Assembly: GCA_963716395.1 (NCBI GenBank)
Contig: OY970309.1
Coordinates: 3,200,001-3,264,000, forward strand
Source of the DNA: an uncultured Fibrobacteria bacterium
GTDB taxonomy: Bacteria; Fibrobacterota; Fibrobacteria; UBA11236
Length of the DNA stretch: 64,000 nucleotides
Reading direction: 5' to 3'
The notes beneath the pieces were generated by a model. The model searched no databases and had not been told where the DNA came from. It worked only from the letters and a program-made list of their open reading frames with translations. Within the stretch, counting starts at the first letter, position 1; each line of letters begins with the position of its first letter. Of the stretch, positions 51,446-62,105 are shown in pieces. The position numbers were made by a program, and so were the translations under genes.

Positions 51446-52114
51446 ATGGCCGTTCTGAACTATGTCGAAAGCCCGCGTCAACCCGAAACCGCCGTGTATG
51501 ATCACCTGCTTCCGGCCGGCGAAGGTTGGATGCATACCCTGCGGCAGGGCCAGATTTTCCGCATCGTGGATCTCGAAGGCAACCAGGCCGTCGATACCTT
51601 GTTCTACAATGCCGCCGATCCCGCCGATCGCTACAGCGCGGTCGACACCGTGCGCGAGCAGGGGAATCTGTTTCTGTCGGCGGGCACGCGCCTGCTCTCC
51701 ACCGACGGAAATCCGCTGCTCACCATTATCGCCGATACCTGCGGCCGGCATGATACCTTGGGTGGCGCCTGCTCGGCCGAAAGCAATACCGTGCGCTATG
51801 CGCTGGAAAAGAAGTACATGCACAATTGCCGCGACAGTTTTCTTTTGGCCCTGGCCCGCGACGGGCAGGAGCTGGGCTGCGGACATCCTTGGGGAAAACG
51901 CGACCTTACGCACAACATCAATTTCTTCATGAACGTTCCGGTGACACCGGCCGGCGCGCTCACCTTCGCCGACGGAGTTTCGGAACCGGGCAAATATGTG
52001 GAGTTGCGGGCCGAGCGGGACGTGGTGGCGGTGATTTCCAATTGCCCGCAATTGAACAATCCCTGCAATGCTTACAACCCCACGCCGATTCGGCTGCTGA
52101 TCTGGGATTCATAG
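51446..52114 (+). CDS. cgdB: Carboxyguanidine deiminase subunit B (DUF1989)
   Basis: 'GNQAVD', '[13 protein letters not shown]', '[11 protein letters not shown]'. Confidence 0.88.
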   Translation: MAVLNYVESPRQPETAVYDHLLPAGEGWMHTLRQGQIFRIVDLEGNQAVDTLFYNAADPADRYSAVDTVREQGNLFLSAGTRLLSTDGNPLLTIIADTCGRHDTLGGACSAESNTVRYALEKKYMHNCRDSFLLALARDGQELGCGHPWGKRDLTHNINFFMNVPVTPAGALTFADGVSEPGKYVELRAERDVVAVISNCPQLNNPCNAYNPTPIRLLIWDS

Positions 52115-52117
52115 CGC

Positions 52118-55100
52118 ATGTTCCGGAAAATCTTAATTGCCAACCGGGGTGAAATCGCCTGCCGGATCGCCCGGACCTTGAAACGCATGGGCATCGCCAC
52201 GGTGGCCGTTTACTCGGAAGCCGACCGAGATTCGCTGCATGTCGAGGCGGCCGACGAAGCCGTTTGCGTGGGTTCGGCTCCGGCCGGGCAAAGCTATCTC
52301 GACGCCTCCCGTATTTTGGCCGCGGCCCGCGAAACCGGCACCGAGGCATTACATCCGGGTTACGGATTCCTGAGCGAGAACGCAGCCTTTGCCGAAGCTT
52401 GCGCCGCCGCCGGCATTGCCTTCATCGGCCCGGCCCCGGATCATTTGCGCGCCTTCGGACTCAAACATGTGGCGCGCGACTTGGCCCGCGCCCAGGGCGT
52501 GCCGCTATTGCCCGGCACCGAGATTTTGCCCGACTTGGACAGCGCGCGGAGCGCCGCCGTGTCTATTGGTTTTCCCGTCATGCTCAAGGCCACGGGAGGC
52601 GGGGGTGGCATCGGCATGCGCTTGTGCCGCAACCTTTCCGAGCTCGACACCGCCTGGGAAGCCGTGGATCGATTGGCCCGCACGCATTTCAAACAAGCCG
52701 GCGCCTACCTGGAAAAATTCGTTTCCGCCGCCCGGCATATCGAAGTGCAGATTTTCGGCGACGGACGCGGCCAGGTCCTCGCCTTGGGCGATCGCGATTG
52801 CTCGGCGCAGCGCCGCCATCAAAAAGTACTGGAAGAAACTCCCGCGCCGGGGCTCGACGCCGCCGTGCGTGCCGCCCTGCACGACGCGGCCGTGCGCCTG
52901 GGCCGGGCGGTGCACTACGTCTCGGCGGGCACGGTGGAATTCGTGTATGATGCCGCCGAGAAGCGTTTTTATTTCCTCGAAGTCAACACGCGTTTGCAGG
53001 TGGAGCATGGCGTCACCGAAGCCGTCACCGGCGTTGATTTGGTGGAATGGATGGTGTTGCAAGCTGCCGGTGAAATCGGGGATTTATCGGCGCGCCAACC
53101 CGAATCTCGCGGCCATTCCCTGCAGGCGCGCCTGTACGCCGAAGATCCCGCCAAGGATTTTTTGCCCAGCGCGGGGCGGCTCACCGCGGCCCGTTTTCCG
53201 CGCGGCGTGCGCTGCGACACTTGGGTGGAAACCGGAACCGAAATCACACCGTATTACGACCCGCTGCTGGCCAAGATCATTGTACATGGCCCCGATCGCG
53301 ATGCGGCTCTGCGGGCCCTGCGCTCGGCGCTGGAGCAAACTGAGTTGGCGGGCATCGAAAGCAATCTCGACTATCTGCGTACCGTCGCAGCGTCGTCGGA
53401 ATTCGCGGTCGGCGGCATCACCACGCGCTTTCTGTCACAGTTGGAATACCACCCCGCCACCCTCGAAGTTTTGCAACCCGGCACCCAAAGCACGGTGCAG
53501 GATTGGCCGGGCCGCGTCGGCTATTGGGATGTGGGCGTGCCGCCTTCGGGTCCGATGGATGCCTATTCGTTCCGGCTCGCCAACCGCCTTCTCGGCAATC
53601 CCGAATATGCCGCGGGCCTGGAATTGACGGCCACGGGGCCGACTCTGCGCTTTCACCGCGCCTGCCGCATCGCGTTGGCGGGCGCGCCGATGCCGGCGGA
53701 AATGGAATGCGAGGGAGAACGCGTTCCGGTGCCTTACGCGGCGTCCTTTCTCGTGCCGGCCGGCGGCAAGCTCATCCTGGGCGCGGCGGCCGGACCCGGC
53801 CTGCGCGCCTACCTGTGCCTGCAAGGCGGCCTTCAGGTTCCGGCGTATATGGGCAGCCGGTCCACTTTCACCTTGGGCGGCTTCGGCGGTCATGCGGGAC
53901 GCGCCTTGCGCAGTGGCGACGTGTTGCATTTATCCACCGACGCCGATTTGGATCACGGGGCGCATGTCGACGCCGGTGCCTTGCTCGCTCCCCTCACCCG
54001 GCACTGGGTAATCGGTGTTCTTTATGGACCGCACGGTGCGCCCGATTACTTTACCGCAGAGGATATCGAAACTTTTTTCGCCTCGGAATGGGAAGTGCAT
54101 TTTCATTCCAACCGCACGGGCATACGCCTCGTCGGACCCAAACCCAAGTGGGCGCGCGCCGACGGCGGCGAAGCCGGATTGCATCCCTCCAACATCCATG
54201 ACAACCCCTATGCCGTGGGCGCGGTGGATTTCACCGGCGACATGCCGATTTTATTGGGTCCCGACGGACCCAGCCTGGGCGGCTTCGTCTGCCCGGCCAC
54301 GGTGGCGCAGGCCGAGCTGTGGAAGCTGGGCCAATTGCGCCCCGGCGACACGGTGCGTTTCATGCGCTGGTCATTGGCCGAAGCGCGCCGCCGCGAAACC
54401 GAACAAGAAAACACCTTGCGCGATTTGCGCGTGCCTTCTTCTTCGCCTGTCCCGCCTAGGGTTTCCGAACACGCCGTGCTGCTGCGCGTAACGGCAACCC
54501 CACAGGGGCCGGCGGTTTGCTATCGGCGTAGCGGCGACCGCCATTTGCTGATCGAATACGGCGAGCCGGTTTTGGATCTCAATCTGCGCTTCCGCGCGCA
54601 TGCCCTGATGCAGGCCGTGGCCGGCTTGCGGTTGCCGGGATTGATCGATCTCACGCCGGGCATCCGCTCGTTGCAAATTCATTTTGACAGCCGGGTACTC
54701 GACCCCGAGGATTTGCTGCGGCAGGTGGCGGATCTCGAAAGCGGGCTGCCCGCGGTCGACGATTTGGAAATCCCATCGCGCGTTTTGCATTTGCCGCTGT
54801 CGTGGGACGACGAAGCCATCCATCGTGTGATCGAGAAATACATGCAGGTGGTGCGTGCCGACGCGCCCTGGTGCCCGAGCAATATCGAATTCATCCGCCG
54901 CATCAACGGATTGGATTCCATCGACGAGGTGAAGCGCATCGTGTTCGACGCGCGTTATCTCGTGCTGGGATTGGGCGACGTGTACCTGGGCGCGCCGGTG
55001 GCCACGCCGCTGGACCCGCGCCATCGCCTAGTCACCACCAAATACAATCCGGCCCGCACCTGGACGGTGGAAAACGTGGTGGGCATCGGCGGCGCCTACA

Positions 55101-55723
55101 TGTGTATCTACGGCATGGAAGGTCCGGGCGGCTATCAATTGTTCGGCCGCACCGTGCCGGTGTGGAATACCTGGAGGGAGACGCGCGAGTTCCAGCCGGG
55201 CTTTCCCTGGCTGCTGCGCTTCTTCGATCAAATCCGTTTCTACCCGGTCAGCGGCGAAGAATTGCTGGCCTTCCGCCATGACTTTACCCGCGGGCGCGCC
55301 CGCATCAAAATCGAAGAAGAGAAATTCAGCCTGCGCGCTTATAATTGCTGGCTGGTGGAAAACCAGGAATCGATCGCGGCTTTCCGACGTACGCAACGGC
55401 AGGCTTTTGCCGAGGAACGCGAGCGCTGGAAACTCCTGGGCCAAGAAGGTGAAGGCCGCGCACCGGAGGCAGCCCCGGCCGACGAAACCGAGGTGCCGCC
55501 GGGCTGCGTGGCCCTGGCTTCGCCCATTACCGGCAATGTTTGGAAAATTCTGGTGCGTCCCGGTGACCGGATCGAAAACGAAGCCGCCCTTATGGTGCTG
55601 GAAAGCATGAAGATGGAATTCACCGTGCCCGCGCCCGCGGCCGGAACCGTTCAGGCCCTAGCCTGCCGCGAAGGCATGACCGTGCATAGCGGCCAATTGC
55701 TGGCCGTGATCCGGCCCGCATAA
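52118..55723 (+). CDS. uca: Urea/guanidine carboxylase
   Basis: Biotin carboxylase 'IANRGEIA' and 'RLQVEH', carboxyltransferase 'HPSNIHD', 'KYNPARTWT', biotin site 'ESMKME'. Confidence 0.96.
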   Translation: MFRKILIANRGEIACRIARTLKRMGIATVAVYSEADRDSLHVEAADEAVCVGSAPAGQSYLDASRILAAARETGTEALHPGYGFLSENAAFAEACAAAGIAFIGPAPDHLRAFGLKHVARDLARAQGVPLLPGTEILPDLDSARSAAVSIGFPVMLKATGGGGGIGMRLCRNLSELDTAWEAVDRLARTHFKQAGAYLEKFVSAARHIEVQIFGDGRGQVLALGDRDCSAQRRHQKVLEETPAPGLDAAVRAALHDAAVRLGRAVHYVSAGTVEFVYDAAEKRFYFLEVNTRLQVEHGVTEAVTGVDLVEWMVLQAAGEIGDLSARQPESRGHSLQARLYAEDPAKDFLPSAGRLTAARFPRGVRCDTWVETGTEITPYYDPLLAKIIVHGPDRDAALRALRSALEQTELAGIESNLDYLRTVAASSEFAVGGITTRFLSQLEYHPATLEVLQPGTQSTVQDWPGRVGYWDVGVPPSGPMDAYSFRLANRLLGNPEYAAGLELTATGPTLRFHRACRIALAGAPMPAEMECEGERVPVPYAASFLVPAGGKLILGAAAGPGLRAYLCLQGGLQVPAYMGSRSTFTLGGFGGHAGRALRSGDVLHLSTDADLDHGAHVDAGALLAPLTRHWVIGVLYGPHGAPDYFTAEDIETFFASEWEVHFHSNRTGIRLVGPKPKWARADGGEAGLHPSNIHDNPYAVGAVDFTGDMPILLGPDGPSLGGFVCPATVAQAELWKLGQLRPGDTVRFMRWSLAEARRRETEQENTLRDLRVPSSSPVPPRVSEHAVLLRVTATPQGPAVCYRRSGDRHLLIEYGEPVLDLNLRFRAHALMQAVAGLRLPGLIDLTPGIRSLQIHFDSRVLDPEDLLRQVADLESGLPAVDDLEIPSRVLHLPLSWDDEAIHRVIEKYMQVVRADAPWCPSNIEFIRRINGLDSIDEVKRIVFDARYLVLGLGDVYLGAPVATPLDPRHRLVTTKYNPARTWTVENVVGIGGAYMCIYGMEGPGGYQLFGRTVPVWNTWRETREFQPGFPWLLRFFDQIRFYPVSGEELLAFRHDFTRGRARIKIEEEKFSLRAYNCWLVENQESIAAFRRTQRQAFAEERERWKLLGQEGEGRAPEAAPADETEVPPGCVALASPITGNVWKILVRPGDRIENEAALMVLESMKMEFTVPAPAAGTVQALACREGMTVHSGQLLAVIRPA

Positions 55724-55813
55724 CCGTCGCGTCTCCGGCGCAAAAAAAGCCGACGGGAATTTCCGAATGGCTCTAGGTTAAGAAAGTCTCGTTTTCCCAG
55801 AAGGGAAATACGC

Positions 55814-56947
55814 ATGGGGCCAATTGCAGCCATTCCTTTTCTTTTGGCCCTTGCCATTACGCGGGGTTCCGGCCAAGTGTCGGGGGCCTGGCAATTTCAG
55901 TGGAGCGATGAATTCAACGGCACGGCGGTGGACTCATCGATGTGGGGTTACGAAATCGGTTATATCCGGAATCAAGAGCTGCAATACTACACTAACCGCA
56001 CGGAAAATTCCCGCAGCGAAAACGGAACGCTTCTCATCCAGGCGCTGCAAGATAATTGGAACGGTCACCCCTATACCTCCGCCAGCCGCACCACCCGGAA
56101 TAAGCGGTCGTTTCTTTACGGCCGTCTGGAAATGCGGGCCAAGATCGACGCGCGCGCCGGAAGCTGGCCGGCATGGTGGTGGCTGCCGGATAGCGGCGGT
56201 TGGCCTCTCGGAGGCGAAATCGACATGATGGAATTTTACCAGGGCAAGTGTCTGTTCAACGTCATGGATGGAACCGGCCAATGGACTTCGGTTACCCGCA
56301 CCATCGACTCTTTGGGCGGCGCCGCTTGGACCGCGGCCTACCATGTCTGGACCATGGAATGGGATTCCACGCGCATCGACCTCTCGCTCGACGGAGTGCT
56401 CATGAACCATTACCCCTTGGCGAACGCCGATGGAACCGGACCGAATGGATCCAATCCTTTTCGGCGGCCGGGATACCTGATCGTCAACCAGGCCATCGGC
56501 GGCACTTCCGGAGGAGATCCGTCCAACACGGTTTTTCCGGTCAACTACAGTATTGACTGGATTCGCTTGCATACTTGGAGCCAGGCTATCGGATATACCC
56601 TCACCGTTAACCACGGAACGGGAAGCGGTCCCTACGTTCCCGCTACGACGGCGTCCATCACCGCCGACATGCCTCCGCCAGGGGAAGTCTTCGACCGCTG
56701 GATGATCCAAGCGGGGAATCCCACCATCGATTCCTCCGCCTCGCCCTCGGCCCTGTTGACCATGCCCGCCGAAAATGTCACCGTCACCCCCACCTACAAA
56801 GCCGCAAGTTCCATCTCCTTCCGCTCGGGCGGAACAATGGCCGACTCTCCGCGGCCATTTTCCCGCATCGATTTTTTCGATGTGAATGGGAGAAGACTTT
56901 TTTTCAACCAGCGCAGCGCCGATCACATGGAGTTGTTCGCCAGGTAA
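55814..56947 (+). CDS. Glycoside hydrolase family 16 (beta-glucanase-like), secreted
   Basis: 'WSDEF', 'WPAWW', catalytic 'EIDMME'; C-terminal Ig-like repeat and 'FDVNGR' tail. Confidence 0.88.
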   Translation: MGPIAAIPFLLALAITRGSGQVSGAWQFQWSDEFNGTAVDSSMWGYEIGYIRNQELQYYTNRTENSRSENGTLLIQALQDNWNGHPYTSASRTTRNKRSFLYGRLEMRAKIDARAGSWPAWWWLPDSGGWPLGGEIDMMEFYQGKCLFNVMDGTGQWTSVTRTIDSLGGAAWTAAYHVWTMEWDSTRIDLSLDGVLMNHYPLANADGTGPNGSNPFRRPGYLIVNQAIGGTSGGDPSNTVFPVNYSIDWIRLHTWSQAIGYTLTVNHGTGSGPYVPATTASITADMPPPGEVFDRWMIQAGNPTIDSSASPSALLTMPAENVTVTPTYKAASSISFRSGGTMADSPRPFSRIDFFDVNGRRLFFNQRSADHMELFAR

Positions 56948-57032
56948 AACGGCTCGGCAAACAGCCTTTAGCTTTTCGGCGCGGGATTCCGTTCGTGAGG
57001 CGGACGGGCCGCGGGTAAGTCTTAACCCTGAC

Positions 57033-57060
57033 GCCCGGCCGGAATTGATCCGGCCGGGGC
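57033..57060. terminator. GC-rich hairpin between convergent GH16 and tkt
   Basis: CCCGGCCGGA-ATTGA-TCCGGCCGGG inverted repeat. Confidence 0.5.
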
Positions 57061-57068
57061 GCGGCGCG

Positions 57069-59144
57069 TCAACCCACGCCCAACGCCGCCAGCTTGTTCA
57101 CATTGGACCGGTAACGCCCGAGATACGCTTCGGTCTGGGCCACGACGTTGGCGGCGGTGTACCCGAATTTCTCGTCCAACACCTTGAACGGGGCGGAAGC
57201 ACCGAAGCGGCTCATGCCAAAGACCTCTCCCAGCGGCCCCACCAGGTTGCGGAGCGTGCTGGGTTCGCCGGCCGTCCACCCCAAGGTCGGGATGCCGAAG
57301 GGAAGCACGGATTCGCGGTAACTTTCCGGTTGCTCGCGGAAAAGGCCTTCGGAAATGGCCGACACCACGCGCACCTTCAGTCCCTTTTCTTTGAGCTTGG
57401 CCGCACCTTCGACCAAAAGCGAAACCTCGGATCCGTTAGCCAGCAAAATCACATCGGGCCGGGCCGCGCCTGCGACCACGACGTAGGCGCCATGCGCCAC
57501 GCCCGTCAAGGCATCGTCGAAGCGACGGGCGGATTGGGCCGGCAGGTCGGCCACGGGCTGGCGCGTCAGGACGATGGCGGCCGGTACCTTCGATTCCAAC
57601 GCCAGCTTCCACGCCACCGTGGTTTCGGCCGCATCGCCGGGGCGCAGGGCCAGGAAGGAGCGATGCCCTTCGAGGTTGGCGATGCGCTCCAACAGCCGCA
57701 ATTGCGCCTCCTGCTCAATGGGCTGATGCGTGGGCCCGTCTTCGCCCACGCGAAAGGCGTCATGCGACCAGAGGTAGATGACATGCGCGCCCATGATGGC
57801 CGCGAGGCGCATGGCCGGTTTCTGAAAATCGCTGAAGGCAAAAAAGGTTCCGCCCGCGGGAATGCAGCCGCCGTGCAAGGCGATGCCGGTCATGACTCCC
57901 GCCATGGTCAGCTCGGAAACGCCGGCCTGCAAAAAAGCCCCGGAGAAATCGGTGCGGGTGAAAATTTTGGTCATCTTGAGAAAACCTTCGGTGTAATCGC
58001 TGTCGGCCAAATCGGCCGACATCACGATCAGGTTTTCCATCTTGCCCGCCAAGTAATGCAGCACGTTCTTGGACGCGGCGCGCGTGGCCTGGCCGGATGG
58101 CTGCTCGATGGCGCCCCAATCCAGCGCCGGCAACTTTCCGGCGTAGAAAGATCGCAGCTTGGCGGCCGCAGCGGGATGGGCCTCGGCCCATTCGGCGCCT
58201 TGTGCCTTGGCGGCCCGTGCCGCCGCGCTTTTCTCGGCGCGCACCATTTTCATGGTTGCGGCCACGTCGGGGAAAAGTTGAAACGGGTTTTTCGGATCGC
58301 CGCCCAGCACTTCCACGGTTTTCTCGTAGCTGGCTTCGCTTTTCGACAGCGGGTTGCCGTGCAATTTGGGGCTACCTTCGTAGGGGGAACCGTCGGCCCG
58401 CACCGCGCCCTTGCCCATGATGGTATGCCCGAGGATGAAGGTGGGTTTTTCTTTTTCGGCCCAGGCGCGCTGGAGCGCGGCGCGCATTTGATCATAGTCA
58501 TGTCCGTTGACGGTTTCGGTGCGCCAGCCCCAGGCCTCGTATTTTTTGGCCGTGTCTTCGCTCATGGTGTCGCGCGTCATATGCGAGAGTTGCACGCCGT
58601 TCGAGTCGTAAAACAGGATCAAATTCGACATCCCGAGATGCCCGGCCAGACGGCCCACGCCCTGCGACACCTCTTCTTCGACGCCGCCGTCGGAGATATA
58701 GCCCACGGTTTTATGTTCCATCCAATCGCCGAAACGGGCGCGCAAAAAGCGTTCGGCAATGGCCGCGCCCAGGGCCATCACATGGCCCTGGCCCAGCGGG
58801 CCTGAGGTGTTTTCGATGCCGCGCGCCACGTCGATTTCGGGGTGACCGGGCGTGGGGCTTTCCCATTGCCGGAAGCGCGACAAGTCGTCCATGGAATAAA
58901 GCCCGAACAGCGACAGGGTCGAGTACAGCATGGCGGATAAATGCCCGGCGTCGAGAAAAAAGCGATCGCGTTCGGGCCAGCGCATGTCCTCGGGATCGAA
59001 GCCCAGAAACTCGGTGTACAGGAGCGCCATGAAATCGGCGCCGCCCATAGGGCCGCCCGGATGACCCGACTTGGCTTTCTCGGGCATGGAGACCGACAGC
59101 ACGCGCAGGTTGTCGGCGATACGTTTGAGCATGGCATTATCCAT
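57069..59144 (-). CDS. tkt: Transketolase
   Basis: 'SGHPG', 'GPLGQG', 'GEDGPTHQPIEQ', 'FGASAP'. Confidence 0.96.
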   Translation of the reverse strand: MDNAMLKRIADNLRVLSVSMPEKAKSGHPGGPMGGADFMALLYTEFLGFDPEDMRWPERDRFFLDAGHLSAMLYSTLSLFGLYSMDDLSRFRQWESPTPGHPEIDVARGIENTSGPLGQGHVMALGAAIAERFLRARFGDWMEHKTVGYISDGGVEEEVSQGVGRLAGHLGMSNLILFYDSNGVQLSHMTRDTMSEDTAKKYEAWGWRTETVNGHDYDQMRAALQRAWAEKEKPTFILGHTIMGKGAVRADGSPYEGSPKLHGNPLSKSEASYEKTVEVLGGDPKNPFQLFPDVAATMKMVRAEKSAAARAAKAQGAEWAEAHPAAAAKLRSFYAGKLPALDWGAIEQPSGQATRAASKNVLHYLAGKMENLIVMSADLADSDYTEGFLKMTKIFTRTDFSGAFLQAGVSELTMAGVMTGIALHGGCIPAGGTFFAFSDFQKPAMRLAAIMGAHVIYLWSHDAFRVGEDGPTHQPIEQEAQLRLLERIANLEGHRSFLALRPGDAAETTVAWKLALESKVPAAIVLTRQPVADLPAQSARRFDDALTGVAHGAYVVVAGAARPDVILLANGSEVSLLVEGAAKLKEKGLKVRVVSAISEGLFREQPESYRESVLPFGIPTLGWTAGEPSTLRNLVGPLGEVFGMSRFGASAPFKVLDEKFGYTAANVVAQTEAYLGRYRSNVNKLAALGVG

Positions 59145-59312
59145 CGATTTCCTCCGGGAATGAACTATTGCGGAAAGTTAATAAGGAGGCGCAGGGGAAT
59201 CGCGTGATCCCTGTTTCAAGCTGCGACAAGCAACGCCTTCGCCGCGACTCCGCGGTGAAAAGGGTCCGACCGTGCGGAACAAGGATGGTATCTTTGTCCC
59301 CGGAGTTCATGG

Positions 59313-61133
59313 GTGAAACGTAAACCGCAATTTCAACTCGGCTTTCTGGCCCTGGCCGTGCTCGGGATTTTCCTCGGGCATCTCATGCTCAACGCCATGG
59401 CCAAGATCGCCGAAATCCCCTACAGCCAATTCCTGACTTTGCTGGATCAGAACAAAATTTCCGAGGTACAGGTCACCGATGAATACGTGCGCGGAACGCT
59501 CAAAGAGCCGCTCAAAACCGGGCAGAAAGAATTCGTGGCGGTACGCGTCGACAACGACTTCGCCAAATTGCTGCAAGGCCACGACATCAAATTCTCGGCG
59601 CAGGTCGAGAACACCTTTTTCCACGAGGTGTTGTCGTGGATTGTGCCGGTGTTCTTCTTCTTCATCCTGTGGATGTTTCTCATGCGGCGCTTTTCCGGCG
59701 GCGGGGGCATGGGCGGCAACTTTCTGGCCGTGGGCAAAAGCAAGGCGCGCATTTATGCCGAAACCGATATCCCCGAGCGTTTCAAAGACGTGGCCGGCGT
59801 CGACGAAGCCAAAGAAGAGTTGAAAGAACTGGTGGATTTTCTGCGCAACCCGGCGGCCTACGGCCGCTTGGGCGGGCGCATGCCCAAGGGCGTTTTGCTG
59901 GTGGGTCCGCCCGGCACCGGCAAAACCCTTTTGGCCAAGGCCGTGGCCGGCGAGGCCAAGGTTCCTTTCTTCTCCATTTCCGGGTCCGAATTCGTCGAGA
60001 TGTTCGTAGGGGTGGGCGCGGCCCGCGTGCGCGATCTCTTCGAACAGGCGCGCAAAAAGGCGCCCTGTATCGTGTTCGTCGACGAACTCGACGCTTTGGG
60101 CCGGGCGCGCGCGGTGGGCGGTTTCTCCGGCGGGCATGATGAAAAAGAGCAGACCTTGAACCAACTGCTGGTGGAAATGGACGGCTTCGATTCCACCAAC
60201 GGTCTGGTGATGCTGGCCGCCACCAATCGCCCGGAAATTCTCGATCCGGCGTTGCTGCGCGCCGGCCGCTTCGACCGCCAGGTGCTGGTCGACCGTCCCG
60301 AAATGTCGGGCCGCGTGGCCATTCTCAAGGTGCATCTGGTGAAAATCCAGGCCGATCCCGCTTTGAATCTCGAAAGCGTGGCGTCGATCACATCGGGTTT
60401 CACCGGCGCGGATCTCGCGAACCTGGTGAACGAGGCGGCTTTGATCGCCACACGCCACGGGTCTAAAATGGTAACCCAGGCCGATTTCACCGAAGGCATG
60501 GAACGCATCGTGGCCGGGCTCGAGAAAAAAAGCCGGGTGCTGAGCCCGAAGGAAAAGGAAATCGTGGCTTACCACGAAATGGGTCACGCCCTGCTGGGCG
60601 CGGTGGCGCCGGGCGCGGGCTTGGTGCACAAGGTGTCGATTATTCCACGCGGCGTGGGAGCCTTGGGTTACACCATTCAGCGGCCCACCGAGGATCGCTT
60701 TCTCATGACGCGCGAAGAGCTCGACCAAAAGCTGGGCGTGCTGCTGGGCGGTCGGGCGGCCGAGCATCTTATCTTCGGGCATTTCTCCACGGGCGCGGCC
60801 GATGATTTGGCGCGCGCCACCGATGTGGCCCGCAGCATGGCCACGCGCTACGGCATGGTGGAAGCGCTGGGACACGCCACCTACGAGCGCGAGCCCCACA
60901 ACTTTCTCGGAGTCCCGAACATGCCTTCGGCACGGGAATACAGCGAAAAAACCGCAGCCGAAATCGACGAAGCCGTGCAGGCCATTCTCGACACGGCTTT
61001 TAAAAAAGCGCGCCAGTTTTTGGCCGACAATATCGCCGTGCTGAAGTCCGGGGCTCAGGCTCTGCTGGCCAAAGAAACTTTGGCCGAAGACGAACTCAAA
61101 GCCCTGTTCGGGCAATTGCAGCATTCGGCTTGA
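59313..61133 (+). CDS. ftsH: ATP-dependent zinc metalloprotease FtsH
   Basis: Two TM helices, [11 protein letters not shown] '[20 protein letters not shown]', HEMGH. Confidence 0.96.
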   Translation: MKRKPQFQLGFLALAVLGIFLGHLMLNAMAKIAEIPYSQFLTLLDQNKISEVQVTDEYVRGTLKEPLKTGQKEFVAVRVDNDFAKLLQGHDIKFSAQVENTFFHEVLSWIVPVFFFFILWMFLMRRFSGGGGMGGNFLAVGKSKARIYAETDIPERFKDVAGVDEAKEELKELVDFLRNPAAYGRLGGRMPKGVLLVGPPGTGKTLLAKAVAGEAKVPFFSISGSEFVEMFVGVGAARVRDLFEQARKKAPCIVFVDELDALGRARAVGGFSGGHDEKEQTLNQLLVEMDGFDSTNGLVMLAATNRPEILDPALLRAGRFDRQVLVDRPEMSGRVAILKVHLVKIQADPALNLESVASITSGFTGADLANLVNEAALIATRHGSKMVTQADFTEGMERIVAGLEKKSRVLSPKEKEIVAYHEMGHALLGAVAPGAGLVHKVSIIPRGVGALGYTIQRPTEDRFLMTREELDQKLGVLLGGRAAEHLIFGHFSTGAADDLARATDVARSMATRYGMVEALGHATYEREPHNFLGVPNMPSAREYSEKTAAEIDEAVQAILDTAFKKARQFLADNIAVLKSGAQALLAKETLAEDELKALFGQLQHSA

Positions 61134-61186
61134 ATTCGGATGCGGCTTCGGCGTTCTCCGGCGACGATAAGGTATAATTGGCCGAA

Positions 61187-61480
61187 ATGCCGACCGAACT
61201 CAAACTGCAGATCTTCTTTGCCGCCTTGCTCTGTGCGTCGCTGTTCGGCCTGGCGCTGGTGATGGCCCGCACCCTGACCGGTTTGGAATATGCGATGAAC
61301 CGCATCGAGGAAATCATGGGCAAGGAATTGCGCCTGGCCCGCGAACAGCTCGACCGCGAAAAAGACGCCGCGCAAAAGACGGCGCATCAAAACGACCGCA
61401 AGCCGCGAAACGAACTGCTGATCAACATCCCCTTCATGGATCGCCTCAACCAAGAGAAGCAAAAGGGCGGCGCCGCCTAA
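61187..61480 (+). CDS. Small membrane-anchored coiled-coil protein
   Basis: N-terminal TM plus charged helix, between ftsH and gmk. Confidence 0.6.
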   Translation: MPTELKLQIFFAALLCASLFGLALVMARTLTGLEYAMNRIEEIMGKELRLAREQLDREKDAAQKTAHQNDRKPRNELLINIPFMDRLNQEKQKGGAA

Positions 61481-61495
61481 CGCTTCCGGCCTGCC

Positions 61496-62080
61496 ATGAC
61501 TCCCGGCCGTCCCATCGTGATCTCCGCCCCTTCGGGGGCCGGCAAAAGCTCTTTGATCGGGGCCTTGCTGCGGCGCCTGCCCGCCTTGCAATATTCGATC
61601 TCGGCCACCACGCGGCCGCCGCGCCCCGGCGAAGTCGAAGGCGTGCATTACTTCTTTAAAACGCCGGAACAATTTCAGGCCATGCAAGCGGCCGGCGCCC
61701 TGGCCGAATACAACGAAGTGCACGGAAACTTTTACGGAACTCCGTGCGTGCCGCTGGACGCCGCTTTGCGCCAGGGTCGAAGCGTGGTGCTGGATCTCGA
61801 CGTTTACGGCAAGGTCAATTTCGACCGCGTTTATCCCGATGCGCTGGGTATTCTCATCGTGCCACCCAGCTTCGCAGAACTCGAACATCGGCTGCTGGCG
61901 CGCGGCACCGACGCGCCGCAAACCATCGTATTGCGCCTGAAGAACGCGCGCGCCGAACTGGAATTTGCCCGAACGCACGGCAAATATGAACACACCGTGG
62001 TCAATGACGATTTCAATCGCGCGCTGATGGAACTACAGGCTGTGGTGGAAGCCGCGTTGTCGCAACTGGACGGCGCTTAA
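61496..62080 (+). CDS. gmk: Guanylate kinase
   Basis: 'SAPSGAGKS', 'SATTRPPRPGE', 'HGNFYGT'. Confidence 0.95.
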   Translation: MTPGRPIVISAPSGAGKSSLIGALLRRLPALQYSISATTRPPRPGEVEGVHYFFKTPEQFQAMQAAGALAEYNEVHGNFYGTPCVPLDAALRQGRSVVLDLDVYGKVNFDRVYPDALGILIVPPSFAELEHRLLARGTDAPQTIVLRLKNARAELEFARTHGKYEHTVVNDDFNRALMELQAVVEAALSQLDGA

Positions 62081-62105
62081 ACCGCCGGGCCAGGCCGGCC
62101 GAAAA

